A stretch of DNA of 64,000 bases, taken from positions 1 through 64,000 of IMG/VR virus record IMGVR_UViG_3300037249_001000; one strand, given 5' to 3'. Numbering within the stretch: the first letter of the stretch is position 1; the number at the start of each line of letters is the position of its first letter. The DNA comes from a virus. Taxonomy: Duplodnaviria > Caudoviricetes. Below are positions 19,191-29,236 of the stretch, piece after piece. Under the pieces are notes generated by a model that saw only the letters and a program-made list of their open reading frames with translations, searched no databases and was not told the origin of the DNA. A program made the translations under genes and the position numbers.

Positions 19191-22100
19191 ATGAGTGAAA
19201 TACAAGTTCATGGTCAACTTACGCAAGTTGATGAAAATGGCGATGTTACAATCATGCTTCCGCATACAACAACCGATGATATAAGTGGCGTGTTACCTGT
19301 TGAAAAAGGTGGAACTGGTGTAACAACACGTGAACAATTTTTTTCTGATACATTAAATGAAACATTCGGAATAACAAATCCTGATGATTTATATGAAAAA
19401 ATTTCTACACATACGATTAGTAAAGACGACCTTAATGGTGGATATGCTAATTTAGATGATTATAGGTCCCCAGGTGTATATTACTTTAAAGTAGGTACAG
19501 TTAAAACGTCAAAGCATCCCGAATGTATAGTAGAAGAACTTATGAATCCCGATGACTTTACACCTCCTGGATATTTATATATCATGTCTAATGACACAGG
19601 AACATATTTTTCTCAATTTTGGATTACTACAAATAGTAAAGCAATATATAGACGAAATTTGGAAGCTGGTATATGGAGAGATTGGGAATATTTTATAGAT
19701 TTTCCTGAAATTGAAAATGACACAACGAAAATATATTTCGGTGAGTGTACAAGTGAAACAGGAGAAAATAATGAAATAAAAAATGTTACAACTACAAACG
19801 GTGATTTTACACTTGAAAAAGATAGTGTTGTAATAATTGAGTTTACTAGTAATAATGTTGCAGAAAGTCCAAAAATAAACATTGATAATACTGGTGAAAA
19901 AAATATTTATTATAAAGGGCTAATATCTCCCTCGGTATCTTTTTCCGGTAGTGGTTATCATGAAGCGTTGACAAGAGGAATATATATATTTATATATTCA
20001 CATCAGCGAGAACAATATGAACTTACAGGATATATTAATAATGTTACAACAATGACAGGTGCTACAGAAACAAATGACGGTATATCAGGATTAGTTCCAA
20101 AACCTGAAGCTGGAGACCATACAAAATTTCTTAGAGGCGATGGTGAATGGATTGATGTTATTGGTGCAACTGGAGAATTGGTTGCTTCACCAGATGTCGG
20201 GTCTGCTAGCGGCACATTAAAGATTGAACATGGTGGGACAAATGCTACAACTGCGGGTGTTGGATTATATAATCTTTCATTTCATTCACCCACTGAATCA
20301 GGATTAAATTTGGATTCATTAATTAATAATAATGATATGGGTTATTGGTATTTTGGAACAGAGTATTTACCAACAAACGCTCCTGTAGAGAATACAACAG
20401 GATATTTGTTTGTAATCCGTGGTGGAGGTGTCTTAAGAAAACAAATATGGATGAATCAAGGTGTTAGAAATAATCATCAAGATATATATGTACGTACTCG
20501 TACATATAATAATGAATGGCAACCATGGGTTAAGATAAAAAATAGTAAAATTGCATTAGTTGGTAGTGATGTTACTAAACAAACAGGATGGCATAAGGTA
20601 GCTTCAGGTTCACTTACTGGAAACTCTAATACTTCATTAATATTTGCGGTTCATGATACAAAAAGTTATAGTTCGGGTATTCTTGTAGTAGATATTAGAT
20701 CATCTAATAGTGTATTAGCATGTGGTAAATTTGGCTGGTTGGTATCCGATAATATTAATTTTGATGATTATATACTTAATATAACGGATGATACTTGGAC
20801 AATGTATTATAATGTGCAACAACAGTATTACAGAAATGTATTTGAAGTTATTGAAGAATCTGGTACTAACACGATTAGTACTCTATATGAATTATTCAGT
20901 AACCAAACAAAAGAAAGCGAAACACCTACAGGCAGTATTTCAGTTACTAGTACAAATCTTACATCTGTAAATGTTGGTAGTTTAACTGGCGTTTTACCTG
21001 TTGAAAAAGGTGGAACCGGTTCTTCTACAACAGCAGGAGCACTATCTGCTTTATCATATAATGTAGTACCAGCAGGTGGTGATTTAAATACATATAATGA
21101 CGCCAATAGTATTGGATATTATGCTGTAACTACCTCATTAAATGTATCAAATTGTCCAAACCGTGTTGGTTCAGGATTATTGTTTGTTTTTCCAGCATAT
21201 ATAGCTGATCAAACCGTAATCAAACAATTCTATACTGAATTATTTACAGACGAAACAAATTCTAGATATGGAAACGTATATTCACGTCAATATCATAGTC
21301 CTAACAATACATGGACTTCGTGGTCTGCTATGTGTAGTGATAAAATTGCATATGTTGGTAATAATGCTTCAGTTAATGTATGGTATAAAGTTGCTAGTGG
21401 TAACTTAAAAGCAACTAGTCAGCATATACGTAGATCATTAATGTTTATGGTGAATGATCTTGCTCGTAATAGTTCAGGAATTTTACGATTAACATTACAA
21501 AAATTATATAATTCTAGTACGGCATCTATTATAAATTTTGATTGGATATTGAGTACAGATATCGATCCTACTAATTATAAAATAGTTATAAATAATGGTA
21601 GTTGGACATTATATTTCTTATGTGGTAATAATCCTCTAACAACTATATTTCAAGTTATTAGTGATGATAGTAACCAATATGCTGATGACAGTGTAAACTA
21701 TAGTAATTATGATTTATTCTCCGGTATAAATGGTTCATCAACAAAACCTAACGGTTATGATAGTAAAATATGCGTAATACCTAATACTAAAGAAATAAAA
21801 CTTGATAATGGTCCGTTATATTTTAAAAAATATACAGATGAAGGATTTTATTGGTCTACTGGTGGAAGTTATTCTAGAACCGATGAGGATGCAGGTTCAA
21901 AACTAGGAACAAGCGGTGGAAATATTAGTCCTTTTTCACTAGAAGTTATTAAACTTACTGATGACAGTTGTATGCAAATTAGAACGATTGAATCATGTGG
22001 ACTCCAAGAACGCAGATTTAAAAAAAGTGATGGTACATGGACTATATGGCAAGAATATATAACACCTGCTAACGTTGAAGAACTTGTCATTAGACCATAT

Positions 22101-22631
22101 GTATATGCACAAGAATTAACAGATATTTCCACGGCATCACTTAACTCAAGACATAGTAAAGGTTCATATTATTATGCTGGTGATAATCATACAAGTGGAT
22201 CTGACATGTTTTCTCTGGAAGTAATTGATACTGGTACAAATGATTATAGTGGTATAAATAGTTGTATGCAAACTAAAATAACACCCGCAACTGGAATAGA
22301 AGAACGTCGTTTTTATCATCCTGCATATAATGGTTGGAGTGATTGGAAAATAGTTAATAATTATATGTCATTATATTTTTATACAAATGGTGGTCCGTTA
22401 ACATACACAATAACAGGTGATGGTATTGGTAGATTAACAACTGGTATAATTATATATGTTCAATTTAGAATGTCGAATGATGCTAATGCAACACTTGAAT
22501 TAACGTCACTAGGTTCTAGAAAACCTATATATTATTTAAACAACACGATTGCTGCTGGTATGATTAAAAATGGTGCAATTATTCCGTTAATATATACTAG
22601 TGGTAGATGGAATATTGTTGGACAATTATAA
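19191..22631 (+). CDS. Long tail fibre / receptor-binding protein with repeated knob-like domains
   Basis: GVLPVEKGGTG twice plus GTLKIEHGGTNA; repeated DLN..GYY..G.L.V..Q..R..W..W knob-like units; duplicated W(H/Y)KVASG domain. Confidence 0.85.
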   Translation: MSEIQVHGQLTQVDENGDVTIMLPHTTTDDISGVLPVEKGGTGVTTREQFFSDTLNETFGITNPDDLYEKISTHTISKDDLNGGYANLDDYRSPGVYYFKVGTVKTSKHPECIVEELMNPDDFTPPGYLYIMSNDTGTYFSQFWITTNSKAIYRRNLEAGIWRDWEYFIDFPEIENDTTKIYFGECTSETGENNEIKNVTTTNGDFTLEKDSVVIIEFTSNNVAESPKINIDNTGEKNIYYKGLISPSVSFSGSGYHEALTRGIYIFIYSHQREQYELTGYINNVTTMTGATETNDGISGLVPKPEAGDHTKFLRGDGEWIDVIGATGELVASPDVGSASGTLKIEHGGTNATTAGVGLYNLSFHSPTESGLNLDSLINNNDMGYWYFGTEYLPTNAPVENTTGYLFVIRGGGVLRKQIWMNQGVRNNHQDIYVRTRTYNNEWQPWVKIKNSKIALVGSDVTKQTGWHKVASGSLTGNSNTSLIFAVHDTKSYSSGILVVDIRSSNSVLACGKFGWLVSDNINFDDYILNITDDTWTMYYNVQQQYYRNVFEVIEESGTNTISTLYELFSNQTKESETPTGSISVTSTNLTSVNVGSLTGVLPVEKGGTGSSTTAGALSALSYNVVPAGGDLNTYNDANSIGYYAVTTSLNVSNCPNRVGSGLLFVFPAYIADQTVIKQFYTELFTDETNSRYGNVYSRQYHSPNNTWTSWSAMCSDKIAYVGNNASVNVWYKVASGNLKATSQHIRRSLMFMVNDLARNSSGILRLTLQKLYNSSTASIINFDWILSTDIDPTNYKIVINNGSWTLYFLCGNNPLTTIFQVISDDSNQYADDSVNYSNYDLFSGINGSSTKPNGYDSKICVIPNTKEIKLDNGPLYFKKYTDEGFYWSTGGSYSRTDEDAGSKLGTSGGNISPFSLEVIKLTDDSCMQIRTIESCGLQERRFKKSDGTWTIWQEYITPANVEELVIRPYVYAQELTDISTASLNSRHSKGSYYYAGDNHTSGSDMFSLEVIDTGTNDYSGINSCMQTKITPATGIEERRFYHPAYNGWSDWKIVNNYMSLYFYTNGGPLTYTITGDGIGRLTTGIIIYVQFRMSNDANATLELTSLGSRKPIYYLNNTIAAGMIKNGAIIPLIYTSGRWNIVGQL

Positions 22632-22650
22632 ACATAATAAAATAACGAGT

Positions 22651-22685
22651 AGAATAGACTATGATATTCATAGTCTATTCTTTTT
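22651..22685 (+). terminator. Intrinsic terminator
   Basis: agaatagactatga/tcatagtctattct plus T run. Confidence 0.8.
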
Positions 22686-22693
22686 ATACTAAA

Positions 22694-22705
22694 AACAGAT
22701 GTATA
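22694..22705 (+). promoter_or_regulatory. Late promoter AACA-N6-TA
   Basis: AACA GATGTA TA. Confidence 0.75.
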
Positions 22706-22734
22706 AAACATAAAAATTATAAAGGAGGAGAATT

Positions 22735-23808
22735 ATGTTTGATATAGATAAAGAATTTAATATTTTAATATTAGAATCAGATATTGAAATTGAAAAAGCT
22801 TATAGTGATTTATGTTTTCATAATGCATCAATATTTATTGAGAGTGAACAAAATTCAACAATACAACGTGTGAAAAATTTTTCAAACGATTACAAAGAAT
22901 TTGTAAATAAAATGATTACTGCATTTAAAGCGTTTATCAATAGATGTATAGAAACTATTAAAGATTTATATTATAAATTAAAAGAAAAAATAAATGAAGT
23001 TATCATTCAACGAAAATTAAATAAACTTACAGAATTTTCAAAAACAGTTGCTATTGCAAAAAAACAAGGAAAAACATCATTTCAATGTATCGATATTGAT
23101 AAGGTTGTATCATTATTAAAAGAAGAATCAAAAGTTTATAAAAAAGAAATAAATTCTTTTTGTTATAAATATATTAATGATATTAAAACACCAGATAAAG
23201 CCGAAGAAGATATTAGAAAAATTGAAATGAAAATGGAAAGTTATACAAATAAATTGCACAATTTATTAGAAACTCCTAGAGTTTATAGTATAAATGAAGC
23301 AGAAAAAATAGTTTCAAAATTAACAAAAGATAAAGAATATATCGAAGTATTAAATAATTATACTAAAGAAATTAGAGATGTTGAAAAATTCACTGTAAAC
23401 GTGATGAAATCAATTGATAATTATAGAGAAGATAATGGACTCAATGAATTATCCGGAATTCAAAAATGTATTACTAAATCTATTTTATTTTTGAGAGATC
23501 ACACATTTGATGTTGTTAAAAAGATTAATGAAAATTTATTTATAATAACTGCTCTAATACAAGGACCTGTAAATGGATTTTCCGCAGTTATAAATTATCC
23601 AGGTGATCCAACTCAAATAGATGATGAAGTTAAAAAACAAATCACTAAACAAGCTGTTGTTGGTGCCATGCGGTCAGCAGCAATCAATCAAATGGTTGGA
23701 ACGAGTATAAATATGGCATATGATAATTTATATGGAAAAAAGAAAGAACACGACCGTATAGAAGATATTAGTAAAATTTATCAATCACCGTCATTAAAAT
23801 TTAGATAA
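22735..23808 (+). CDS. Internal head protein-like (dispersed paralog)
   Basis: ILE|S and FIE|S sites, then FVNKMITAFKAFINRCIETIKDLY. Confidence 0.6.
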   Translation: MFDIDKEFNILILESDIEIEKAYSDLCFHNASIFIESEQNSTIQRVKNFSNDYKEFVNKMITAFKAFINRCIETIKDLYYKLKEKINEVIIQRKLNKLTEFSKTVAIAKKQGKTSFQCIDIDKVVSLLKEESKVYKKEINSFCYKYINDIKTPDKAEEDIRKIEMKMESYTNKLHNLLETPRVYSINEAEKIVSKLTKDKEYIEVLNNYTKEIRDVEKFTVNVMKSIDNYREDNGLNELSGIQKCITKSILFLRDHTFDVVKKINENLFIITALIQGPVNGFSAVINYPGDPTQIDDEVKKQITKQAVVGAMRSAAINQMVGTSINMAYDNLYGKKKEHDRIEDISKIYQSPSLKFR

Positions 23809-23819
23809 GGTGTGATTTT

Positions 23820-25133
23820 ATGTATAAATATCAACGTGATGCTTTAGAAAAACAAAACATACAACGTATGGGTATTATGATTGATAATCTCCATCATAAT
23901 AAACCAAACGATAAAAGATATATTGCATTAATGTCTAGTATTTCTCATACATATGGAAACGCTTTAGCATATATACAAAATTATATTATAAATCTTTTTC
24001 CTAAAGATTTATTTAAAACTATTCATGTTAATAGTAAAATAGCTCATAGACAAATTCGTTCAACAACAAATGAATATCTTAAAAAGGCAAAACCGATGAT
24101 TATTTTTAGACCAAGAATTGGTGATGCTAACGATGATAGATTTTTAAAAGGTACTCCATTAATAGAACGACAAGGTGATTTATATTCTACTTGGGGATTA
24201 ACTAATCTAATGCCTTTTATGGATGACCCATCTAAAGATATTTCACTTAAGTTTCAAATGAATAGAAATATACTGTATGTTGATTGTGTTTTGGTATTCT
24301 CTACTTTAATGCAACAAATAGATTTTGTTCATTATATACAAAATGCTGTTAGATTAAATATCCCTTTTTCACTTAATACTTGTTTTGAAAGTTATTTACC
24401 ACAAGAAATGTTAAAAGTCATATCTGATATTTCAGGAGTACCATTATATGATGATAAAGGTCATACTAAAGAATTTGTATCTTATCTACAAGGAAATTCT
24501 AAATATCCAATAACATTTAAGTTTCAAGGTAGTTCAGGAACAAAAGAGTTTTATAGATATTATCCAGTTAATATTGATACATTGATTTCGGATTTATCAT
24601 GGGATGATGGAGAAAAAGTTGGACATGTAATGAATCAATATCAAGTATCATTTTCAGTAAGAATGGAATTTTATAGTACAGGATTTTATTACATCTTTTC
24701 AGATCATTTGTTTACGGATTATCATAATTTACCAACAACATATCCTGATGATACAACTATTATTCCAATATTTACTGATGTTATCCTAAAAGAAGATTTA
24801 AATCTTAAAGAAGGATGGCGTTTGTATAATTCAGCATCTTGTAAGATTGATCATCCAAATGATAGTATTTGTATTGACGAATTATTAAACGATTCAATAC
24901 GAAAAGTAATGAAATATCATAGAGAGAATGGTATTAAATTTTTTGAATTTTTAGATATAAAAGTTCGACGCCAAGGCGATATTATTAAAGAGGGACAAGA
25001 ATATACAATCGACTATGAAACGATGACTGTTCACTTTCATAGACAGAGTCCTTATTATACGTACAAATTTTTAATTTGTATAAATGTAGATTATATTAAT
25101 GATTTCATTAAAGATGTATTTGATTTAAAATAA
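23820..25133 (+). CDS. Putative virion structural protein
   Basis: 437-aa ORF in a late operon; no catalytic motif recognised. Confidence 0.45.
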   Translation: MYKYQRDALEKQNIQRMGIMIDNLHHNKPNDKRYIALMSSISHTYGNALAYIQNYIINLFPKDLFKTIHVNSKIAHRQIRSTTNEYLKKAKPMIIFRPRIGDANDDRFLKGTPLIERQGDLYSTWGLTNLMPFMDDPSKDISLKFQMNRNILYVDCVLVFSTLMQQIDFVHYIQNAVRLNIPFSLNTCFESYLPQEMLKVISDISGVPLYDDKGHTKEFVSYLQGNSKYPITFKFQGSSGTKEFYRYYPVNIDTLISDLSWDDGEKVGHVMNQYQVSFSVRMEFYSTGFYYIFSDHLFTDYHNLPTTYPDDTTIIPIFTDVILKEDLNLKEGWRLYNSASCKIDHPNDSICIDELLNDSIRKVMKYHRENGIKFFEFLDIKVRRQGDIIKEGQEYTIDYETMTVHFHRQSPYYTYKFLICINVDYINDFIKDVFDLK

Positions 25134-25215
25134 CTTTTTATTATATATACATAATGATAAGGCACACTTATAAGAAATTGCAACACTTTTAACATTACAT
25201 TATCCTAATACGAAT

Positions 25216-25255
25216 AAAAAAATATAGAATACATAAAAGTATTCTATATTTTTTT
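25216..25255. terminator. Bidirectional intrinsic terminator
   Basis: aaaaaaatatagaatac/gtattctatattttttt. Confidence 0.8.
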
Positions 25256-25258
25256 ACT

Positions 25259-25471
25259 AACATATTATTAATCGAAAAAAAAATCCAAGCTGATGTCTTG
25301 ATTTATTTCTTACATCATTTTATAATATATTTTTAAACCTTTATCTTGACTATAGCTTGTTTATATATATTAGAGTTATTGATTTGTCCTCCGTTAATAA
25401 CTAAACCCCAAAGCCTTGCTGCATAGTATAAGAGACGTATAGAAATTCTATACGTCTCTTATATTTTTTTT
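25259..25471 (+). ncRNA. Candidate late small RNA (promoter-to-terminator unit without an ORF)
   Basis: Exact AACA TATTAT TA at 25259-25270, about 200 nt with no ORF, and a strong terminator at 25427-25471. Confidence 0.4.
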
Positions 25472-25570
25472 ATATAATTATTGTGATAATATTGATTAAT
25501 AATTATGTTTAATATATTTATTTTAATACATTTAAAAACTTATATTTAACTTAGTTAAAGGACTGATTAT

Positions 25571-28165
25571 ATGAAAATAAATTATATTATATTAGAGAAT
25601 TTTTCTAATATTGAGACATCTATGGATGCTCATAAAATAAAAATAGATTTTAAACAAGTTAAAAATAAGATTATTTTATTAGTAGGACCAAACGGAAGTG
25701 GTAAAACATCATTATTAAGTTTACTAACACCATTTGCTACTGTTGGTGGATTAGATGTACGTAATAGTACTAATCTTATTATAAATGGAAAAAATGGTTA
25801 TAAAGAAATAGAAATAGTTAATAATGATGATATATATTTAATAAAACATTTTTACACTCCCAAGAAACCTGACGGACATAGTGTAAAATCATATATAATG
25901 AAAAACGGAACTGAATTAAATCCAAATGGAAATATAACTTCTTTTAAAGAATGGGTTAAAGAAGAATTACATGTTGAAATGGATTATTTAAAACTACTTA
26001 GATTGGGTGCTAATGTAACATCTATGATAGATTTAAGTGAAACTGAAAGAAAAACATTTATGAATAAATTATTAGAAGATGCCGATATATTTCTTACGTT
26101 TTATAAAAAAGTAAATAATAATCTAAAACAATTAAAAGAAATGATTTCACATTCTGTTGATAAACAAAAACGTTTAGGTATAACATCTGTAGAATCAATT
26201 GAAAATTCAATAGATAATTATCAACAACAATTAGATTCAAAACAAAGAGAGTATGAACGTATTTCTGGAGATATATCAGTATCACAACATTTGGTGGATT
26301 CAATTGAAGATTCTTATAATTTAAGACAGAGAATATCTAAACTAGAAAAAAAGACATTAAAAATGCATGATATTCTTGAACATAAAAACTACGAATCAAC
26401 TGATCCAGAATATTATAATAAAAAAATTAATGAATTAGAGAAAGATAATATACAACGTGAAAGTAAAATAAAAGCTGATGAATTGATTATAGGTTCTAAC
26501 TTAACTAGATTAGATGAATTATATAAATCACAACATGATTTAGAAATTCAATATGATAAAGAAATGGAATCCAATAAAGAGATAGAGTCTATGGGAAAAG
26601 AAATCAGTAAAATAGAACGTGAAATTTATCAAATAGAAAAGAAATTAGATGAAGATAAACCTGATATATCTAAAAAAGAAATGGAAGATTTTGTTGTCTT
26701 TTTAAAAAGGTCACAACAACAATTAAATCAAACATATGAGTTTGGTAAAACTCCAGTTTCTAAAGTTATTGAATTAATGAATAATGAACGTAACGTAATG
26801 CAATATATTAATAATCAAATGACTAATATCCAAACTGACCAAAATACTGATTTATTCCTAATGAGATTAAAACAAAGATTTGATTTCTTAATGTCTGATA
26901 TTCCTGAAAGTTGCAATGAAATAAATTGTAAAGCTAGACAAGCATATATTCAGTTAGGTAATCTTTTTAATATTAATGAAGATCATGATAATAAAATGGA
27001 TATACAAATGCTACAATCTATGGAATTGGTATATCAGAATCTTATCAATATTTTATCAGAATATTCTAATTATTCTGATACTATAAATAAACTTCCAAAA
27101 AGTATTAGGAAAGATTTTTTATTAAAATCGGTTTATAAAAATATTGCTGATAATAAATCGATTTATAATGAAGAAAAAATAAATAATTTATTGGCTTTAA
27201 TTACAGAATATCATACAATAGATGAACTGAATAAACAAAAGGATTCGATGATTAATATATTAGACACAATTAAGAAGTATTCAAATTTTAATAATATAAC
27301 TAATCAATATGTTAGTATAAAAGAAACTATAGATGAATATACTCAAAATAATATTGAATTAAAAAGAGATATTTCAAAAAATAAAGAAGTAATAAGTTCT
27401 AATTTAAGAACTATTGAAACATATTCTGAATTGTATGAAACTTTCATGAAACATGAAGAACTTGAATTAGAATTGGTCAATCTTAAAAAGGATTGGAATA
27501 TATTTAGTTCTAATTCAGATGAAGTTAAGAGACTATCTCTTCAATTATCTCAATTAAAACAAGAGATTAGTTTTATTACTAAACGTATTGAAGATTGTAG
27601 AATATCTTTAACACAATATAAAGATTTACAAAAAGATTTAAATACTTATAGTAAAATCTTTGATGAAATGACATTAGTTAAAGATAGTTTATCATCAACC
27701 AAAGGTATCCCATTACGCTATGTTAAAAATTATTTAGGTAATACAGAAGAGATTACTAATGAATTATTGGATATAGCATTCAATGGAAGATTATTTATTG
27801 ATAAATTTAAAATAACTCAAACCGAATTTACTATTCCGTTTTATAATAAAGGAAAACTGTTAGATGATGTTAAATATGCATCTCAGGGAGAAACAAGTTT
27901 TATTTCTATCGCATTAGCATTTGCTCTAGCATCACAAACTATGCATGAATATAATATTATGCTATTAGATGAAATTGATTCAACTCTTGATATTAAATTT
28001 AAAGAGAAGTTTCTTAAAATACTTGAAAATCAAATTGAGAGAATAGATGCTGAACAATGTTTTTTTATAACACACGGAAATATGTTTTCTTCTTATCCAG
28101 TTGATGTGGTCTCTTTTAGTGATGATTCTGAATATAAGGGAACTATAGTCATCGAGAAATGGTAA
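25571..28165 (+). CDS. sbcC: SbcC/Rad50-like SMC ATPase
   Basis: Walker A GPNGSGKTS, long coiled coil with central CNEINC, signature ASQGE, Walker B LLDEID, H-loop ITH. Confidence 0.9.
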   Translation: MKINYIILENFSNIETSMDAHKIKIDFKQVKNKIILLVGPNGSGKTSLLSLLTPFATVGGLDVRNSTNLIINGKNGYKEIEIVNNDDIYLIKHFYTPKKPDGHSVKSYIMKNGTELNPNGNITSFKEWVKEELHVEMDYLKLLRLGANVTSMIDLSETERKTFMNKLLEDADIFLTFYKKVNNNLKQLKEMISHSVDKQKRLGITSVESIENSIDNYQQQLDSKQREYERISGDISVSQHLVDSIEDSYNLRQRISKLEKKTLKMHDILEHKNYESTDPEYYNKKINELEKDNIQRESKIKADELIIGSNLTRLDELYKSQHDLEIQYDKEMESNKEIESMGKEISKIEREIYQIEKKLDEDKPDISKKEMEDFVVFLKRSQQQLNQTYEFGKTPVSKVIELMNNERNVMQYINNQMTNIQTDQNTDLFLMRLKQRFDFLMSDIPESCNEINCKARQAYIQLGNLFNINEDHDNKMDIQMLQSMELVYQNLINILSEYSNYSDTINKLPKSIRKDFLLKSVYKNIADNKSIYNEEKINNLLALITEYHTIDELNKQKDSMINILDTIKKYSNFNNITNQYVSIKETIDEYTQNNIELKRDISKNKEVISSNLRTIETYSELYETFMKHEELELELVNLKKDWNIFSSNSDEVKRLSLQLSQLKQEISFITKRIEDCRISLTQYKDLQKDLNTYSKIFDEMTLVKDSLSSTKGIPLRYVKNYLGNTEEITNELLDIAFNGRLFIDKFKITQTEFTIPFYNKGKLLDDVKYASQGETSFISIALAFALASQTMHEYNIMLLDEIDSTLDIKFKEKFLKILENQIERIDAEQCFFITHGNMFSSYPVDVVSFSDDSEYKGTIVIEKW

Positions 28166-28168
28166 TCA

Positions 28169-28180
28169 AACAAAATAATA
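28169..28180 (+). promoter_or_regulatory. Late promoter AACA-N6-TA
   Basis: AACA AAATAA TA; a hairpin at 28187-28224 lies in the leader. Confidence 0.6.
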
Positions 28181-28252
28181 AAGACGATAATCATTACATG
28201 ATATATTTGTCATGTAATGATTATTAATTTTTAATGAAAGGAGTTTTCTAAA

Positions 28253-28924
28253 ATGGATAAAACAGCTATTGATTGGTTAAATAATAATTTAACGATTGGT
28301 ATCGGAACATTTATAGCGTTATTATTTTTTGCATTAACAATCTTCAATACAATAAATGCTATACGTGATAAAATCTCTAATAAAATTCGTAATGAAACAT
28401 TAGAGGATGAAGACACAAAAAATTTAAAAGATAGTGTTAATAAACTTATTACTACAGTAGATACTCTCAAACAATCTGTAGATAGTGTTAGTACACATTT
28501 AGTTGAAACGGAAAATAAATTTACAACGAATATTGAGAGTAGTAATAATAAAATTGATAACGTATTAGCACCAAAATTATCTGAGTTAGAAGCACATGTT
28601 AATGATATTGAAACAGAAGAACGTGCTGCACTTGATAATATTACAAAATATAATAAACTAGCTATAAAATCATTCATAATAACAGAATATAGAAAATGGA
28701 TGGAACTCGGACATATTGACATTTACCAATTATCAATTATTGAAGACCAGTTTAAAATTTATACTGATGTTTATCATGGTAATACATTTATTTTAGAGAT
28801 GATGAATCAGTTAAGAAAGTTGTCAGCACACCCAGTTATTACTGATGATGATGGAAATGATCCAATTCATTACTTTGAGCTACATCCTGAAAATGATCCG
28901 AGAAACATTAATAGAGATGAATGA
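28253..28924 (+). CDS. Single-TM coiled-coil membrane protein, possibly lysis/holin-associated
   Basis: N-terminal TM; C-terminal G.I....L..IE..F..Y...HGN pattern like Firmicute phage lysis-module membrane proteins. Confidence 0.5.
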   Translation: MDKTAIDWLNNNLTIGIGTFIALLFFALTIFNTINAIRDKISNKIRNETLEDEDTKNLKDSVNKLITTVDTLKQSVDSVSTHLVETENKFTTNIESSNNKIDNVLAPKLSELEAHVNDIETEERAALDNITKYNKLAIKSFIITEYRKWMELGHIDIYQLSIIEDQFKIYTDVYHGNTFILEMMNQLRKLSAHPVITDDDGNDPIHYFELHPENDPRNINRDE

Positions 28925-28928
28925 TTAG

Positions 28929-28964
28929 AAATAGTAAGATATGTATATACATATCTTACTATTT
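28929..28964. terminator. Perfect 36-bp palindrome, bidirectional terminator
   Basis: aaatagtaagatatgtat|atacatatcttactattt between convergent genes. Confidence 0.8.
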
Positions 28965-28965
28965 A

Positions 28966-29166
28966 TTATTTTTTCTTTTCATTTTTACTAAAAGTATATA
29001 TTGCATATATAAAAAATACTATACCGACTATAATATATGGCATTGATTCTAGCCTTGCTTTTAACCGTGAATCTGTAAAATGAGATACTTCAAGAATACT
29101 AGCATATATAAATGTTAAAACAAAGACTAATACTCCTATTATTTGATCTTTTGATAAATTATTCAT
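28966..29166 (-). CDS. Small two-TM membrane protein
   Basis: 66 aa with two hydrophobic helices and a basic C-terminus; RBS ggagg. Confidence 0.7.
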   Translation of the reverse strand: MNNLSKDQIIGVLVFVLTFIYASILEVSHFTDSRLKARLESMPYIIVGIVFFIYAIYTFSKNEKKK

Positions 29167-29196
29167 ATATAACCTCCAATTAAAATAATACTAAAA

Positions 29197-29208
29197 AACA
29201 AAATAATA
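29197..29208 (+). promoter_or_regulatory. Late promoter AACA-N6-TA
   Basis: AACA AAATAA TA. Confidence 0.75.
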
Positions 29209-29236
29209 AGCTAGATACAGAAAGGACTGTTATTCT

